Assembly (NCBI GenBank): GCA_053919585.1
Contig: CM132798.1
Direction: 5' to 3' (one strand)
DNA: 64,000 nt
From: Euprymna scolopes
Taxonomy: Eukaryota
Shown here: one piece after another, positions 11,837 to 25,806 of the stretch
Layout: each line of letters starts with the position of its first letter
Numbering within the stretch: position 1 is the first letter of the stretch
Program-made: the position numbers and the translations under genes
The notes under the pieces: model-generated
The model's input: the letters and a program-made list of their open reading frames with translations, nothing else
The model's database searches: none
What the model was told of the DNA's origin: nothing

Positions 11837-12454
11837 CTAGATGGTCCTGTGGAGATTCATCCGCAAAATCTTTAATATATCATATATTGCTGATTGGCAT
11901 TCAGTGGACGTTCAGCTTAGATGTAAGCCCACGATATTCTTGTAGGCTATTGTTAAAACTGTAATTGTATTTATCTAAGACACCTTGGTAATATAATGTA
12001 AGAATATATATCATTACGGTGTTTCTCCAATGTCCTTATAAGAGTCTGTAACTTATTTCCATTATATGGACGCTCGGCACGAACGGAACCGCCACTATGT
12101 CATTAGATTACCTTTAGGCAGAACATATACTACGATTAGATTCTATGAATAAGACAAGAAGTATATTTTAGTTTTACGCACAGTCGAAAGTCAACAATAT
12201 TAATTTTTTTTTTTTTTTTAACATTGCATCTTCGGTGATCGGGAAATCTTATTTATTAAAAAGGAAGAAGGAATGTGATAACATACTACGAATATTAACT
12301 TCGCATCTCTGCGAATTTAATGTCCGTAGTATTGTATCACATCCATCCTCATTTATAATAATAAGGATCTCCCGATCGAATTATTTATAATCTGTCAACC
12401 GTGACATTCCTACGTACGTACACACGTTAAATGTTCTATATTATTAATATAAAG
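11837..12454 (-). mobile_element. Non-autonomous Helitron
   Basis: Minus strand begins ctttatattaataatatagaac...gtgtgtacgtacgt and ends with hairpin tgcggatgaatctccaca followed by ggaccatCTAG-T. Confidence 0.6.
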
Positions 12455-12685
12455 TGATACTAATAATAATAATAATAAGAAGAAGGGCAAGAAGAATTAT
12501 AATCGTAATAATGGTATACTTAATCATAAAAAATAATAACAACATTATTTATAATAATAATAATAATAATAATGAGAAAGATAAAAAATATTATAATGAT
12601 AATGGTAATAGCTATAATAATAACAAAAATAATCATGATAAAATAATAATAGTAGTAGTAGTAGTAGTAGCAGTAGTAGTAGTAA

Positions 12686-14203
12686 TTTTGATTTCGTTTG
12701 ATAACGTCTCCCTTTAAAGAGATGGGATTCATTTCTAGAGGATGTCCCTCAACCCAGGCTCCAAACCAGGAGGTTCAAAGATCAAGCGTTTTCTGAAGGA
12801 TGTTGTTGGTATTTACAATAGCACTTTATACTACTCCTAGCGTACTAACTACGAACGGGATTATTTGTGTCTTAACCCGTCGTATACACCTTATCCACAA
12901 GGGAAAGTAAGCAAAATTGATCCGCTTCTCGTTCTCCTCTCTCACATTCTATCTCAGGGTACTACAATCTGCCAGTTCTTTGAGACCTTGTCAATGACGA
13001 TCAAATCCGGACGATTATGTTCCAATTGCTTGGTCGTTGTGACACTTTTTTCCCACCCTACGTCTACATTACCATCCGCATTGTTCTTACTTTATAATGC
13101 ACCCTCTCAAACCTTTTTTCCAGCACACTTCATCAAAACATTCTTAAAAACCTCATAATACATCCGAAGTCCCATTTTTTGGTACTCTCTCTGGGTCAAT
13201 CCCCATCACCTTGATGCAAGGTGGTCAATTGACTCGGAGGTCTTACCACAAATCCGGTAATCTGCAGAAACTTCCTCTCCTATGACCACTTTTTGGAATA
13301 ATCGTGTGCTCAACGACTGCTCTTGTGCTGCACAAACAAAAGTTTCAATACTCTTAGCCAGGTACCCAGCTCTAATCCATTATCATGAAATTTCATCAGC
13401 CACTTCTGCTATATCCTGGAAGAACTTTCCATGCATTTTCTTCCTAGCAACTTCCTCTGCCTTTTCTCTATCCATACGCTTCACATAAACAGCCTTTATC
13501 TGACATACCTCCACATCATTAGTTACAACTATTAAGCATCAACTTCTCACTTCTAACCACATGCTCCTTCAACGACCCCTCTTCAGTTCTAACACAATCT
13601 TTTACACTTTTCAATCCTTTCTCACGTTCTTTCCTCTTTTGATACGGTCTCGCTACGCTAATTTGAATAAGAAATATACAATACATTGTAAAAATTTTCT
13701 TGTTTTGATATCAATGCCATGGAACTCCTTGTTATATCATTCTCAAAACACTGACTGTCCATGGATTCACCGTTTTCATTCTGTTTTATCCGTACAATTT
13801 TGACTTCGCAATTAGTTTATCTCTTCTAAAATACTACTTCTGGACTTTCTCCTTCATTTCTCTGTTCAGGAAGCTTACAATCTCCAACGCTCCCGAATAC
13901 TTATACTCTGTATCTTCTATTTCCTTCATGGTTTCTCCATTTGGCAGCACGATTCCATATGAATGAACCTTTACTCGCCTTTTCCTAAAAAATGCGGCCT
14001 ATTTACTAATCCCGAATTCCATCCCGATGTTTTCAGAGTATGTATCTAGGACCTTTACCAATCTATCCATTGCCCTTTCATTTCTACCGCCTATCTTCAA
14101 ATCATCCATAAACAGTAGAAGGTTGAGGTGTCTGCTACCAGATTCAACGTTATACTCCAGTTTTTCACTCTTCACGAGGATGCTCAGTGGAATCATTATC
14201 ATT

Positions 14204-14205
<2 letters not shown>
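12686..14205 (-). mobile_element. 5'-truncated R4/Dong-clade non-LTR retrotransposon (RT C-terminus + zinc knuckle + restriction-like endonuclease), decayed
   Basis: HLNLLLFMDDLKI...IGMEFGISK (RT), RICGKTSESIDHL (CCHC region), HNRPDLIVIDK (PD-(D/E)xK RLE). 3' UTR homologous to that of the 14278-17965 copy. Confidence 0.85.

Positions 14206-14277
<72 letters not shown>
14206..14277. repeat. (AAT)n microsatellite, about 24 units, separating two R4/Dong copies
   Basis: Direct reading. Confidence 0.95.
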
Positions 14278-17200
14278 TCTGATTTCGTTTATCAACGCCT
14301 CTTTGGAAAGGTATGGGATTTATTTCAACATGATTCCCGTAAATCCTAGCTTCAAACCAGGAGCCACAGATATCAAGGGGTATCCTAAGGATGTTGGCGG
14401 TACCTACAATAGCAGAGGTTTTAAGCCTGCCGAAAAGATCGGGGATTTGTATTTTTTTTCAGTTGTCCTTCCAAACGACTTGATACTTCTCCTAGCGTAC
14501 CAATTATTTTTTTCACTCCCGTGTATACGCCTCATCCCCAAGGCCAAGGGATCATAATTGTTACACTTCTTATTCTCATTCTCTCTCACATTCCTGTCCT
14601 AGTGTACTGAACAATCTACAATCTGGCAGGTTTTTGAAACTTTGTCAATGATGACCAAATCCGGACGATTGTGTTCCAATTGCCTGGTCGTTATGACACT
14701 TTTGTTCCACAATACCTCTACATTGCCATCCTCACTTGTTCTCAATTCATCAGGCACCTCCTCAAACCATTTTCAAGCACACTTAACCCCAGCCTTCTTA
14801 TACACCTCCCAATATATCCGGAGTCCCATGCGATCGTGTCTTTTGCGGTACTCTCTCTGAGCCAGTCCACTAAATCCTGCTGCAAGTTGCGCAATAAACT
14901 CTGAGGTCTTACCATAAATCCAGCATTTTGCAGCAACTTCCTCTCCTAGAACCACTTTTTTGAACAATCGTGTCCCTAATGACTGCTCTTGTGCTGCACA
15001 AATAAAGCATCAATTATTCTTAGCCAGATACCAAGTTCTAAGCCATTTCCATGATCTTTCATCCGCCACTTCTGCTATATCCTGCAAGAACCTTCCATTC
15101 AGTTTCTTCATAACCAGTTTCTATTCTTTTTCTCTGTCCATACGTTTCACATACCACCACTCATTGGCCACAACTTCAAGCATCCACTACTCACTTCTAA
15201 CCACATGCTCCTTCAACGACATCTCCTCGGTTCTAATACAATATTTACACTTTTCATTCCTCCCCACCGTCTTTCCTCTTTTGATACAGCCTTGCTACGC
15301 TACTTCGAATGAGAAATATAGCAAACATCGCTAAAACTTTTCTTGTTTTGATATCAATGGCATGCAAATCCTTGTCTGATCATTCTAAATTTCCCGCACT
15401 GTCTCTCAAAACACTGGCTGTCCATGCATTCACTGTTTTCATTATGTTTCTCAATACAGTTCGACTTTGCAATTTGTTTACCTCTTCTAAGATACTCCTT
15501 TCTAACTTTCTCCTTCATTTCTCTGTTCATGATGCCTACACCCTCTTACACTCCCAATACCTATATTTTATACCTTCAATTTGTTTCATGATTTCTCCAT
15601 TTGGCAGCACTGTTCCATGCGAATGAACCTTTACTGCTCTTTTCATCACCAGCACCACATATTTACTAATCCCAAACTCTATCTCAATGTCTTCTGAGTA
15701 TGTCATCACAAGTTCTACTAGTCTCTCCATTTCCTTTTTATCTCTACCGAATATTTTCAAATCATCCATAAACCGTAGATGGCTGAGGCGTCTGCCACCA
15801 GATACAAAGTTATACACCAGTTTATTCTCTTTTAGAGGCGGCTTAGTGACATCATCATTATTGCAAAATGATGTGGCGATAACGTTTCTCCTTGGGATAT
15901 TCCACGTTTAATGCCAACCAGCCCCATCTCATCTCTGTTTGCTGTCAGCACCATTCTCCATTGAGTCATACTTGACTCCAAAAGCCCTACCACATTCTCA
16001 GCAACCTTCATCATCAATAGTGTTTAACGTATCCATGAATGAGGAGCCAAGTCATAAGCTTTTCTGTAATAGACCCATGATACGCTCAGATTTCTCTTCT
16101 TCTTTGCATCCTGCATTAATGCTTATTCAATTAGTATTTGCTCTTTGTTACATGTCGAGGGTTTCCTTCTGTTCGTCAGGGAAACAATCAGTACTCGTAA
16201 GATGTTCATAAATTTTCTCCGCAAATATTCCAGTCAACAGTTTCCACATCAATGGCAGATATTTAATTGGTCTATAATTATTAGCACTTGTTCCCTTTGC
16301 GGGATCTTTCATAACCAGTTTTTCTTCCCTTAACAACCCATCCCGACTCTACAACCCTTTGCAGAGCAGTAGTTATAGGTGGATAAAGGCATTGAAACTG
16401 TTTAAACCAGAAGCCCATCACTCCATCTGGACCAGGTGCCATCCAGTTTGTCATCCTTCGTATGCCAGCCTTAACGTCATCGATGGATATCTCAACGTTC
16501 TTCATCTGCTGCATTTCTGATAGCCTTTCTCTGACCTTTCCCAACCAGTTCGCCTTCTTATATCGCCCTTCGACAGACCAAATCCCACTCTGGAATTTCC
16601 TTGCCTCTTTTGCATTTGGAATGTTGTTATTTCCCGCCTGTTTACTACCATTTAATTCTTTATACAGCTGAGACTGATTGTTCCGGAAAAGGTTGTTCCG
16701 CTGAAACACAACATTTTTCCAACAAAGTTACGAATTTCCATACCACCAAGGTGAACCTTCTCTTTCAACTATGTTAGAACGGTCATCGTTCCCTGTTCCA
16801 GAAATCTATACCCCCTTTCAAGCTTCTCGTTAGCTTTTTGCCCTAGTTTAACTCCTTTTCTTATTTCTTCAATTTGACCAATGTCTTTCCACCAACGTTT
16901 AATACTTTCTTCAAGCCGCCTCTGCCAGAATTGCCTTCTATCCTTCATGTCTAATTCTTCTTCTGTAAGCCAAGACGATTCGCAATAACGTATGACGCTG
17001 CATACAGAAGTCTGTTAAGTTCCATAATCGATATTTTCTTCTTATGATGTTGTGAATCATTCCTTGAACTATTGTTACCTCGCTTTTCGCCTTCCGTCTA
17101 TCACTACTCTTCATGCGTGGAATGTTTATGATGTCGTTCCTAAGAAGAACCTCTCTTTACTTCTGAAGTACTACTTTTTTTCTAAAGAAGTCAAAGTTCG

Positions 17201-17965
17201 AACTTCATCACCACTTCTCCATACATCTGCTCCTTTCATTGGATTGCCTCAGAGTAAATGCGCTCATCTGCCTTAGATACTGCAAACTCTTTCTCATCAC
17301 TTTCCCTAACCATGGGATTACATTCCTCCTCAGTTGCCCACCTCCCATCATCGCTTATATTTTCCTTCGCCCTTTTACTCTTTCAATTCTTTAATCAGAG
17401 CTAGATTCATCAACTTTACTTCCTGTATTCATTTCATTCCTAACCATCTGTTCAATCTCTTCTCTTGCAATCACTGAAAGTAGGTTGTTATTTTAAATTT
17501 TCTTATCTGGGATACCAAATTTGCGATGCTTCTAGCTACTCCTCTTCTCGATTCCCATTCTTCCTTCACTTTTCGGATATATCCACGAGATTTGGTACTT
17601 CCTCTCCTTACAAAGCATTCCCACAGTACTCTTCTTTCCTCATCCGTCCATGGTTTTGTGACATTTCCTGTTCCAAATTCCTTCGTGTCTTGTGACCCTC
17701 TCTGGCAATTCCCTCTCCCCTATATCTAGTCACATCTTCAGAATTTCGAACAGTTGTATGATGACGACAGGACATACCCTGTTGACCAGTGAGACACCTA
17801 CCGGGCGTAAGACCATCGCAAGATGTTCCAGCCTCATTCTCGTCGTTATTTTCAATATTTTTGATTTGACATTCTCCCATAAATGGGGTTAGTGACTTTT
17901 AGGTTACACCACCACCGATAGTTTTATCGAGACATCATCTTTAGAAACTTCCTCACCAAGGTTAA
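14278..17965 (-). mobile_element. Near full-length R4/Dong-clade non-LTR retrotransposon, decayed (many stops and frameshifts)
   Basis: N-terminal WTDEERRVLWECF...RGYIRKVKEEW, NWMAPGPDGVMGFWFK, ANNYRPIKYLPLMWKLLTGI, IKRGISQGETLSP, SHLRFMDDLKIF, QREYRKRHDRMGLRIYWE, HNRPDLVIIDK, GTANILR. No APE domain seen. Confidence 0.9.
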
Positions 17966-17989
17966 ATATCCCCTCCCGACCTTTCTCCT

Positions 17990-18220
17990 CCACCACCACC
18001 ACCACCACAATTTCCATAACCACCAATAACAACAATAGAAATAATATCTACAATGATAATAGTAGCATTAACACTGGGAGTAATAATAACAACAACAGTA
18101 ACAACAACAAAATCAATGACAGCAAAAACAACACCTACAACAACAGCTCCAACAATGAAAAAATATACTATCATTACTACTACTACTACTACTACTACTA
18201 CTAATAATAATAATAATAAT
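17990..18220. repeat. Compound trinucleotide microsatellite (CCA/CAA/ACT/AAT)
   Basis: Direct reading; flanks the 5' end of the Dong-like element. Confidence 0.85.
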
Positions 18221-18611
18221 AGAAAGAATTGTAAAAATCAATAAAGGAGTGGTATTCTTTTTTTCTCTCCCTCCCTTCCCCTTATTTTCTTTCTTTTCCT
18301 CTTTTTCCTTTCCGCTTTTTTCTGTTTTTCTTTCAGCCTTCTTTTTTTTCCTTTCCTTCGTATTAATTCAAACAGTGAATTCCCAACAAAAGCCATGCAT
18401 TTTCCACGAGGCTACCGACTGTGACAAGGCACAAATTTACACACCTCTACGAGTAAATAACATAAACAAATTCTTTACATAAAAAAAAACTCTCCGAAAA
18501 AAAAAACGTATTTCTTGTCTTTCGTATTAGTTTAAACAGTCCCAAAAATTGTCATGCATTTTTCCACGGTTACGACGACGATGACCAGGCACAGATTTAC
18601 ACATTTTTACG

Positions 18612-18649
<38 letters not shown>

Positions 18650-18839
18650 TGTATTATAAGAACTGTTTACGGGTTTCGTTCTTTTAGATTGATGTGAAGT
18701 ATCGTTTCGTACTGTCCCACAGGAAATTATTCTCAGACATTGGTTTCTCTTTTTCAAGGTGTTTGCTTGATTAACAGCCACTTTAGCGCTCAGTGTAAAC
18801 AGAATTATTTCTATCAATTTTGTCTATTCTTTACTGAAT

Positions 18840-19170
18840 CAAACTTAATTATATGTAAGGTTGACTCAGGATCACAAACATTTGCAGCATATGGATTTTA
18901 AGCAGACAAAAAACATGTTTAATATGGAATTTGCTCTTAAGCACGATGCCATTGGTAGTTGTATTTTACTTGTCGCTGTCGGTACATGATATGTCCACAA
19001 AATCTAGATAACATATAGCGTATTCTTCCTTTCTTTATTTCGCCAATCTTCTATGCCCGATACATGTTTTACTAAAATATGTGGAGCGAATTTATTATTC
19101 TGATCTCCCAGTTTAATAACCAAGAAAGTATTACATGACTTATTCAAAAATATTTTTTTAAAATCTAAAA
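18840..19170 (-). pseudogene. Decayed DNA-transposon transposase fragment, probably Chapaev3 (CMC superfamily)
   Basis: ORF 19004-19255 contains KLGDQNNKFAPHILVKHVSGIEDWRNKERK, resembling the KLGDQDKxWAPHxxCxxCxxxLxxW motif I recall from Chapaev3-type transposases. Family name is from memory, not a search. Confidence 0.5.
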
Positions 19171-20667
19171 GGACAACACAACGTGTAAGAGTGATTTTTA
19201 CTTTTCCGATGGATTTTTCTATAGCTGCTCTTTTAAATCGCGTTTGAAACTGCATTGCCTTCTACTGAAATTTGTCAGTACAAAGCCTACATTTAAACTT
19301 GTTATATTCCGTCACAATTTCCAGTAAAGATCTTAATCTATGCTCGTCCTTAATACCATTTCCATCCACTTAAATATTTTACGATTATTATTGCTTTATC
19401 TGAAAATATTTTATATATATTTGATGTCTTCTAAGTTTCCTCGTGTTTCTTCAAGTGTATTTTCTTAGTAGTAGCATTAGCCTTCGTAGTAATAGTATTA
19501 ATGGTAATAGAAGTAGTAGTATTTTTAGTCCTATTATAATTGTTTTTTTTTAAATTATTTTTTCTATTAGTTTATTATTGACATTATTACTGGTCTTATT
19601 GTTTTTATTGCTTATACACGTGGTTTCTAGTGGGTTTTCCCATCATAAAACCTTGATCTCTTTTTTGATTTGAGTGACAGCAAGTATTTTCCATTATTAT
19701 ATAATGTATGTTTCGTAATAATTATTTTCTACCTCCCTTATTATACTCGTTGTATTAACTAGTGATTATTGACTAGTAATTTTTATAAGTAATAGTTGCA
19801 GTACTAGTAATATTCTATAGTAATATGATGTATTTACACACTATTTTCTGATTATATATTAATAGGCTGCTTTATGTTTACAGAGAATAAAATGAACTTT
19901 AAAAAGTAAATTTTCTCGTAATTAAGTGTTTTTCTACACGAGTAAACAATTACACAAATGAGAACCAAAGTCATTGTGTTTCTGAACAGTGTGAACGCTA
20001 AAAATAAAAGAAACTTAGGCAAACTATGAATACAGAGAGTTCGAGATTCTCAACTTAGAAAGGGCGATCCTAGACGAATTCCACGAATTGCAGATTCTCA
20101 ACGCGCGCCACCTCACAACGCTTCCCTGCCAATTGCCATTATGTTCAAGGGGGTGAAGCTCGTCTGATGAGCAGATTTTGTTTTATCTATTCTCAGCTAC
20201 ACTTTTGTTAGTTTCGTGTGTATAATGCTGCTAAGCAATTACATTTTGGTTTTAAAAGATCGTGAAAAAGAGGAAAACAATGATGTAAAAAATGTTATAA
20301 ATACTTAGAGAGAAAGTCAGAAAATATGCAAAGGAATTTTGTAGACACAGAAATAAAGAAGACAGATATATAGAAAATATATAGAAATATATACAAATAA
20401 ATCAGAAATATGACAATTGTTGAAATCTTAATACGACAGGAGGTTAAATNNNNNNNNNNNNNNNNNNNNNNNNNNNNNNNNNNNNNNNNNNNNNNNNNNN
20501 NNNNNNNNNNNNNNNNNNNNNNNNNNNNNNNNNNNNNNNNNNNNNNNNNNNNNNNNNNNNNNNNNNNNNNNNNNNNNNNNNNAAAAGCATTGCAGCTCAC
20601 CAAATCCATGCAAGCCAACAAACCGGTGATCCAAGACTCCAGTTTCCCCCTCATTTGGGTTCATCAG

Positions 20668-22355
<1,688 letters not shown>

Positions 22356-24872
22356 NNNNNNNNNNNNNNNNNNNNNNNNNNNNNNNNNNNNNNNNNNNNN
22401 NNNNNNNNNNNNNNNNNNNNNNNNNNNNNNNNNNNNNNNNNNNNNNNNNNNNNNNNNNNNNNNNNNNNNNNNNNNNNNNNNNNNNNNNNNNNNCGAAATC
22501 TTAGCCTTTTGCATTCGAGGCACGTATCTGCCATATGAGCAAACGTTCATACACTTGCAAGTTTATTAACTAAAGCATATCACGATAACCGCGACTAAAT
22601 CCCACTATGGGTGACCTATTTCGTATTGGACAAGGGTGTGGTCATCCATCCAACTATAACTTAAGTTTATGTCTCACAAGTAAGAATTATATATATATAT
22701 ATATATGCACTAATGATAGATTTAGTTTTTATATGTGTTTGCGTATTTATAACATTCTTATGAACTATTTATTTTATTTATTTTCGAAAATGTGAAAAGG
22801 AATCATAAGAAATTAATCTTTAATAATTTTAAGTCATACCTTTAGTAAATTAATAGCCACATGTTTTCAGACTCCAAATATAAGGTTTTGTATTTTATTA
22901 TCGGAAAAGACATCAGTACATGGTTTACGTATATTACATTGTGGATATTATATTATTTTAATAAAAGAATGCATTTTTATTTTGAGACAGCTCATTATTT
23001 AGATGAATTAAAAAAAAATACTTGCAAATGTTTATGTCAGTACCTTATTTGCATATTAAAGAACATTAAAGAGACAAACAATAAGGAACCACTTGAGTTA
23101 CTACAAAAACATATTTGACACGTGGCAAAGTATATAGTGGCTAAGAAATATGTACACTTTTAGATGGTTCAATGATTGATTAATTTCCTGTATTTAAATT
23201 TACTTTTTTTTCATGTGCGTCGGTACGCACGGTTATTAAGCGATCGACGTTTTACATTTCCATCCCCGATTCGTTGCGACAAACTGTACATTCATTTCCA
23301 ATTGCACTAAAATGTGGGTTCTTCCTAAATCAATTTCCGAATTCATTTTCATATTTAAAAGAAACCGGAGGCATTGGCACGTATTATGGAACAAGTTAAA
23401 CAATTTTTCAGCGTGTGACAGAGTGTACAAGATTTCTTTTGCTAACTTCCATCGGTGAATTAATTAGTTTTCCGTGGGGCAATTGCACTTCCATATTGGC
23501 CATCTTTGTCGACATTATTAGCAATATCTTAATTTCACAGAAAAGAAACTAAAAATGTAAAATAACAAAAAATAAATCAATAAATAACAGACTGGAGAAA
23601 AATAAGTTAGAGAAATAAAACTGATCGATAAAACTGAATATGTGTAACCTCAGACGAAAAAGTAATTTGGATGTAAATTTATAAATGCTGCTATATACAT
23701 AAAGGGATATCAAAGTAAGAAGAACTTGATAAAATACTAAAAAAAGGAAAATATGTAATGAATACCGTGATTGAATGGTATAGTTTGATTGACATTTAAG
23801 TTTCAAATGTCTCCGAGACTAGGACTCGATGAAACCATGTGACATAAGGCTGTGGATTGTCTCTTGTTTAACTATACTTCCAGCAGATAATACGTTTTTT
23901 TCACGGTGGTCACCACTTATCAAGGCCCGGAAACCACTTATGAGCCTATCGGAGAGAAATGATTTAATGAACACCTAGGTTCATCACCGATAGTTATCCG
24001 GCGTGCACAGTACAACTAAATATAACAGGAGGTTATATCCGTCTTTCCATTTGTTTCACTTTTTTCTCTCATATTTCGCGCTTACACAAGTAACTGGGCT
24101 GCCGACATATTTCTGTAACAGTTCTTAATTTTTATTACATTATTTAATAACACATATTGGCGTCTGAGTTTTTGTTCCGCATAAAAAAATCAGGTTCTGC
24201 ACTTTTCTATATTTAATTCATGAATTAGAAATGCAGAAAGGTCTATATTTTCCATGACATTAAAAAATGAACTACAATTTCTTTAATGTATGAGGAAGAA
24301 TTTACTAACCTCAACATGCATTTACATCTAGTGAATGTTTTTAGTACAAAATGTGTAATTTGCAATGGGCTTTAGAATATTAAGATGACAATATTATTCC
24401 AAGGCAATAAGCGTACATTATCGGTGGATTTCCATTTCACTTTTATAATCTTAATACTATATAAAACGATGGTATTTACGTATTTTAATGAAATGTACCA
24501 AATTATATGCTAGTTAGATGTATAGAATAGTCCAGTTTTGTGGTTAGTTTGATCAGGTAGTTTGGAAAGGATTTAAAATTATATTAGTTTTCTCATGGAC
24601 ATTTCGCACGCCACAATTCTGAAGATGAAAATAACTATTGACATTTCTTATTGTTTTAATATTTATTCTCAGATATTTCGACAATAAATATCGTATTTTA
24701 TATAAATATTAGTGTTAATTTTAATGAGGAGCTTGACTCATACAAATGAAACCCGAAGAAAACTCAATTATTTTAAGTCAATTTATGCAATTTTGAAAAG
24801 ATGTGTGCAATTTACACAAATATTCATCTGCCTTATTAATTTGATGATTGTTCTAATCTCCAGTGTTATCTG

Positions 24873-24914
24873 CACAGCGTTTATGTCGATATGACCCTCA
24901 ACCTTCGTCAGGTG
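24873..24914 (-). ncRNA. Ultra-minimal hammerhead motif (family C, degenerate)
   Basis: Minus strand cac-CTGACGA-a-ggttga-gggtcata-tcgaca-tAAA-cgct-gtg. Inverted partner at 25765-25806. Confidence 0.55.
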
Positions 24915-25764
24915 TCAAAATAGTCATTTTTAGCAGGGGAAAAAGCTTAGATCTGCACTCTAAGGGGGTTATATACTTGAACTTCATGTAAGTTCTCAGA
25001 AAAATAATAGTTACGACATTAATGTGGTTGCTGATTTAAGTATTGAAAATTCCATGTCATTTATTTTTAACCAAGTATAGTTTTTGAGTTTCTGATGTAT
25101 TATATTAATGGCGTAAAGGGGATAAAAACTGGGGGAGAAAGAAAAGGTGGTAATAATGGCCTAAGAGAAGGAAGAGAGAAGCCGGGATGTACATTAAAAG
25201 GGAAAAAATCGAGTTTTTTTAAATGTGAGAAGAAATGCAGACACAGTGAGGAGGGAGAATTTAAAAAAGATGTCGTGGGTATTCAGGATTATCTAAAGAG
25301 TAATGCTTTCTTCTTTACCTCTCTTCTTTTATAAAGAATTAACCACGATTCTCTAGTGAGATAATCCAAATTGTCAACGAAATTTTTTAGAGTTATCCCC
25401 CTTTACAATGTGGTTTTATCTTACATATAAACAACGTCGATCGCTGCCTTTTCTCTTCTATTTTCCCCTTATGTATCTTCCTTTCATCTATAATTACAGC
25501 ATAGAAGAAAATTAAACACTACATATGCTTAACAATTTAAGAAACAGCAACGTGTTTGTTTCAGAAATATTATGTTTTGAAAAACTTACACGTAGTCGAT
25601 GGATTTAATTTTAAAAGAAATGTAAGTATAATACATTAAAACTTACGCGCCTTAGAGTTGTTTGATAATTAACTTAGCTTTATAATTAGTGTAAAATGAC
25701 TTCCAACCCGGTCCAAAATTTTGAAACCTTTTCTTTTTTTCCTGCTAGGAAATGACAACTTTTA

Positions 25765-25806
25765 CTCCTGACGAAGGTTGAAGGTAACATCGGCCGAGAC
25801 GTTGTG
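25765..25806 (+). ncRNA. Ultra-minimal hammerhead motif (family C, GAAA mutated to GAGA)
   Basis: ctc-CTGACGA-a-ggttga-aggtaaca-tcggcc-GAgA-cgtt-gtg. The consensus of the two copies gives GAAACGTT with an AACGTT palindrome. Confidence 0.55.

Noticed and set aside
14027-14557. 176-aa plus-strand ORF
   Set aside because: Antisense reading across the Dong RT, the (AAT)n tract and the next element's 3' UTR.
20158-20175. CTGATGA as a hammerhead core
   Set aside because: It sits in a small hairpin (gctcgtc-t-gatgagc) with no downstream helix II/GAAA.
22605-22662. Third 5S-derived element
   Set aside because: Only a ~15-nt C-box-like match (ttggatggatgacc on the minus strand) within a short inverted repeat; too short to call.
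23806-23846. Degenerate hammerhead (atgtc...gaaac-catgt-gacat)
   Set aside because: The CUGANGA box is not recognisable and helix II is absent. Similar too-degenerate candidates at about 53280-53330 and 58708-58744 were also not called.
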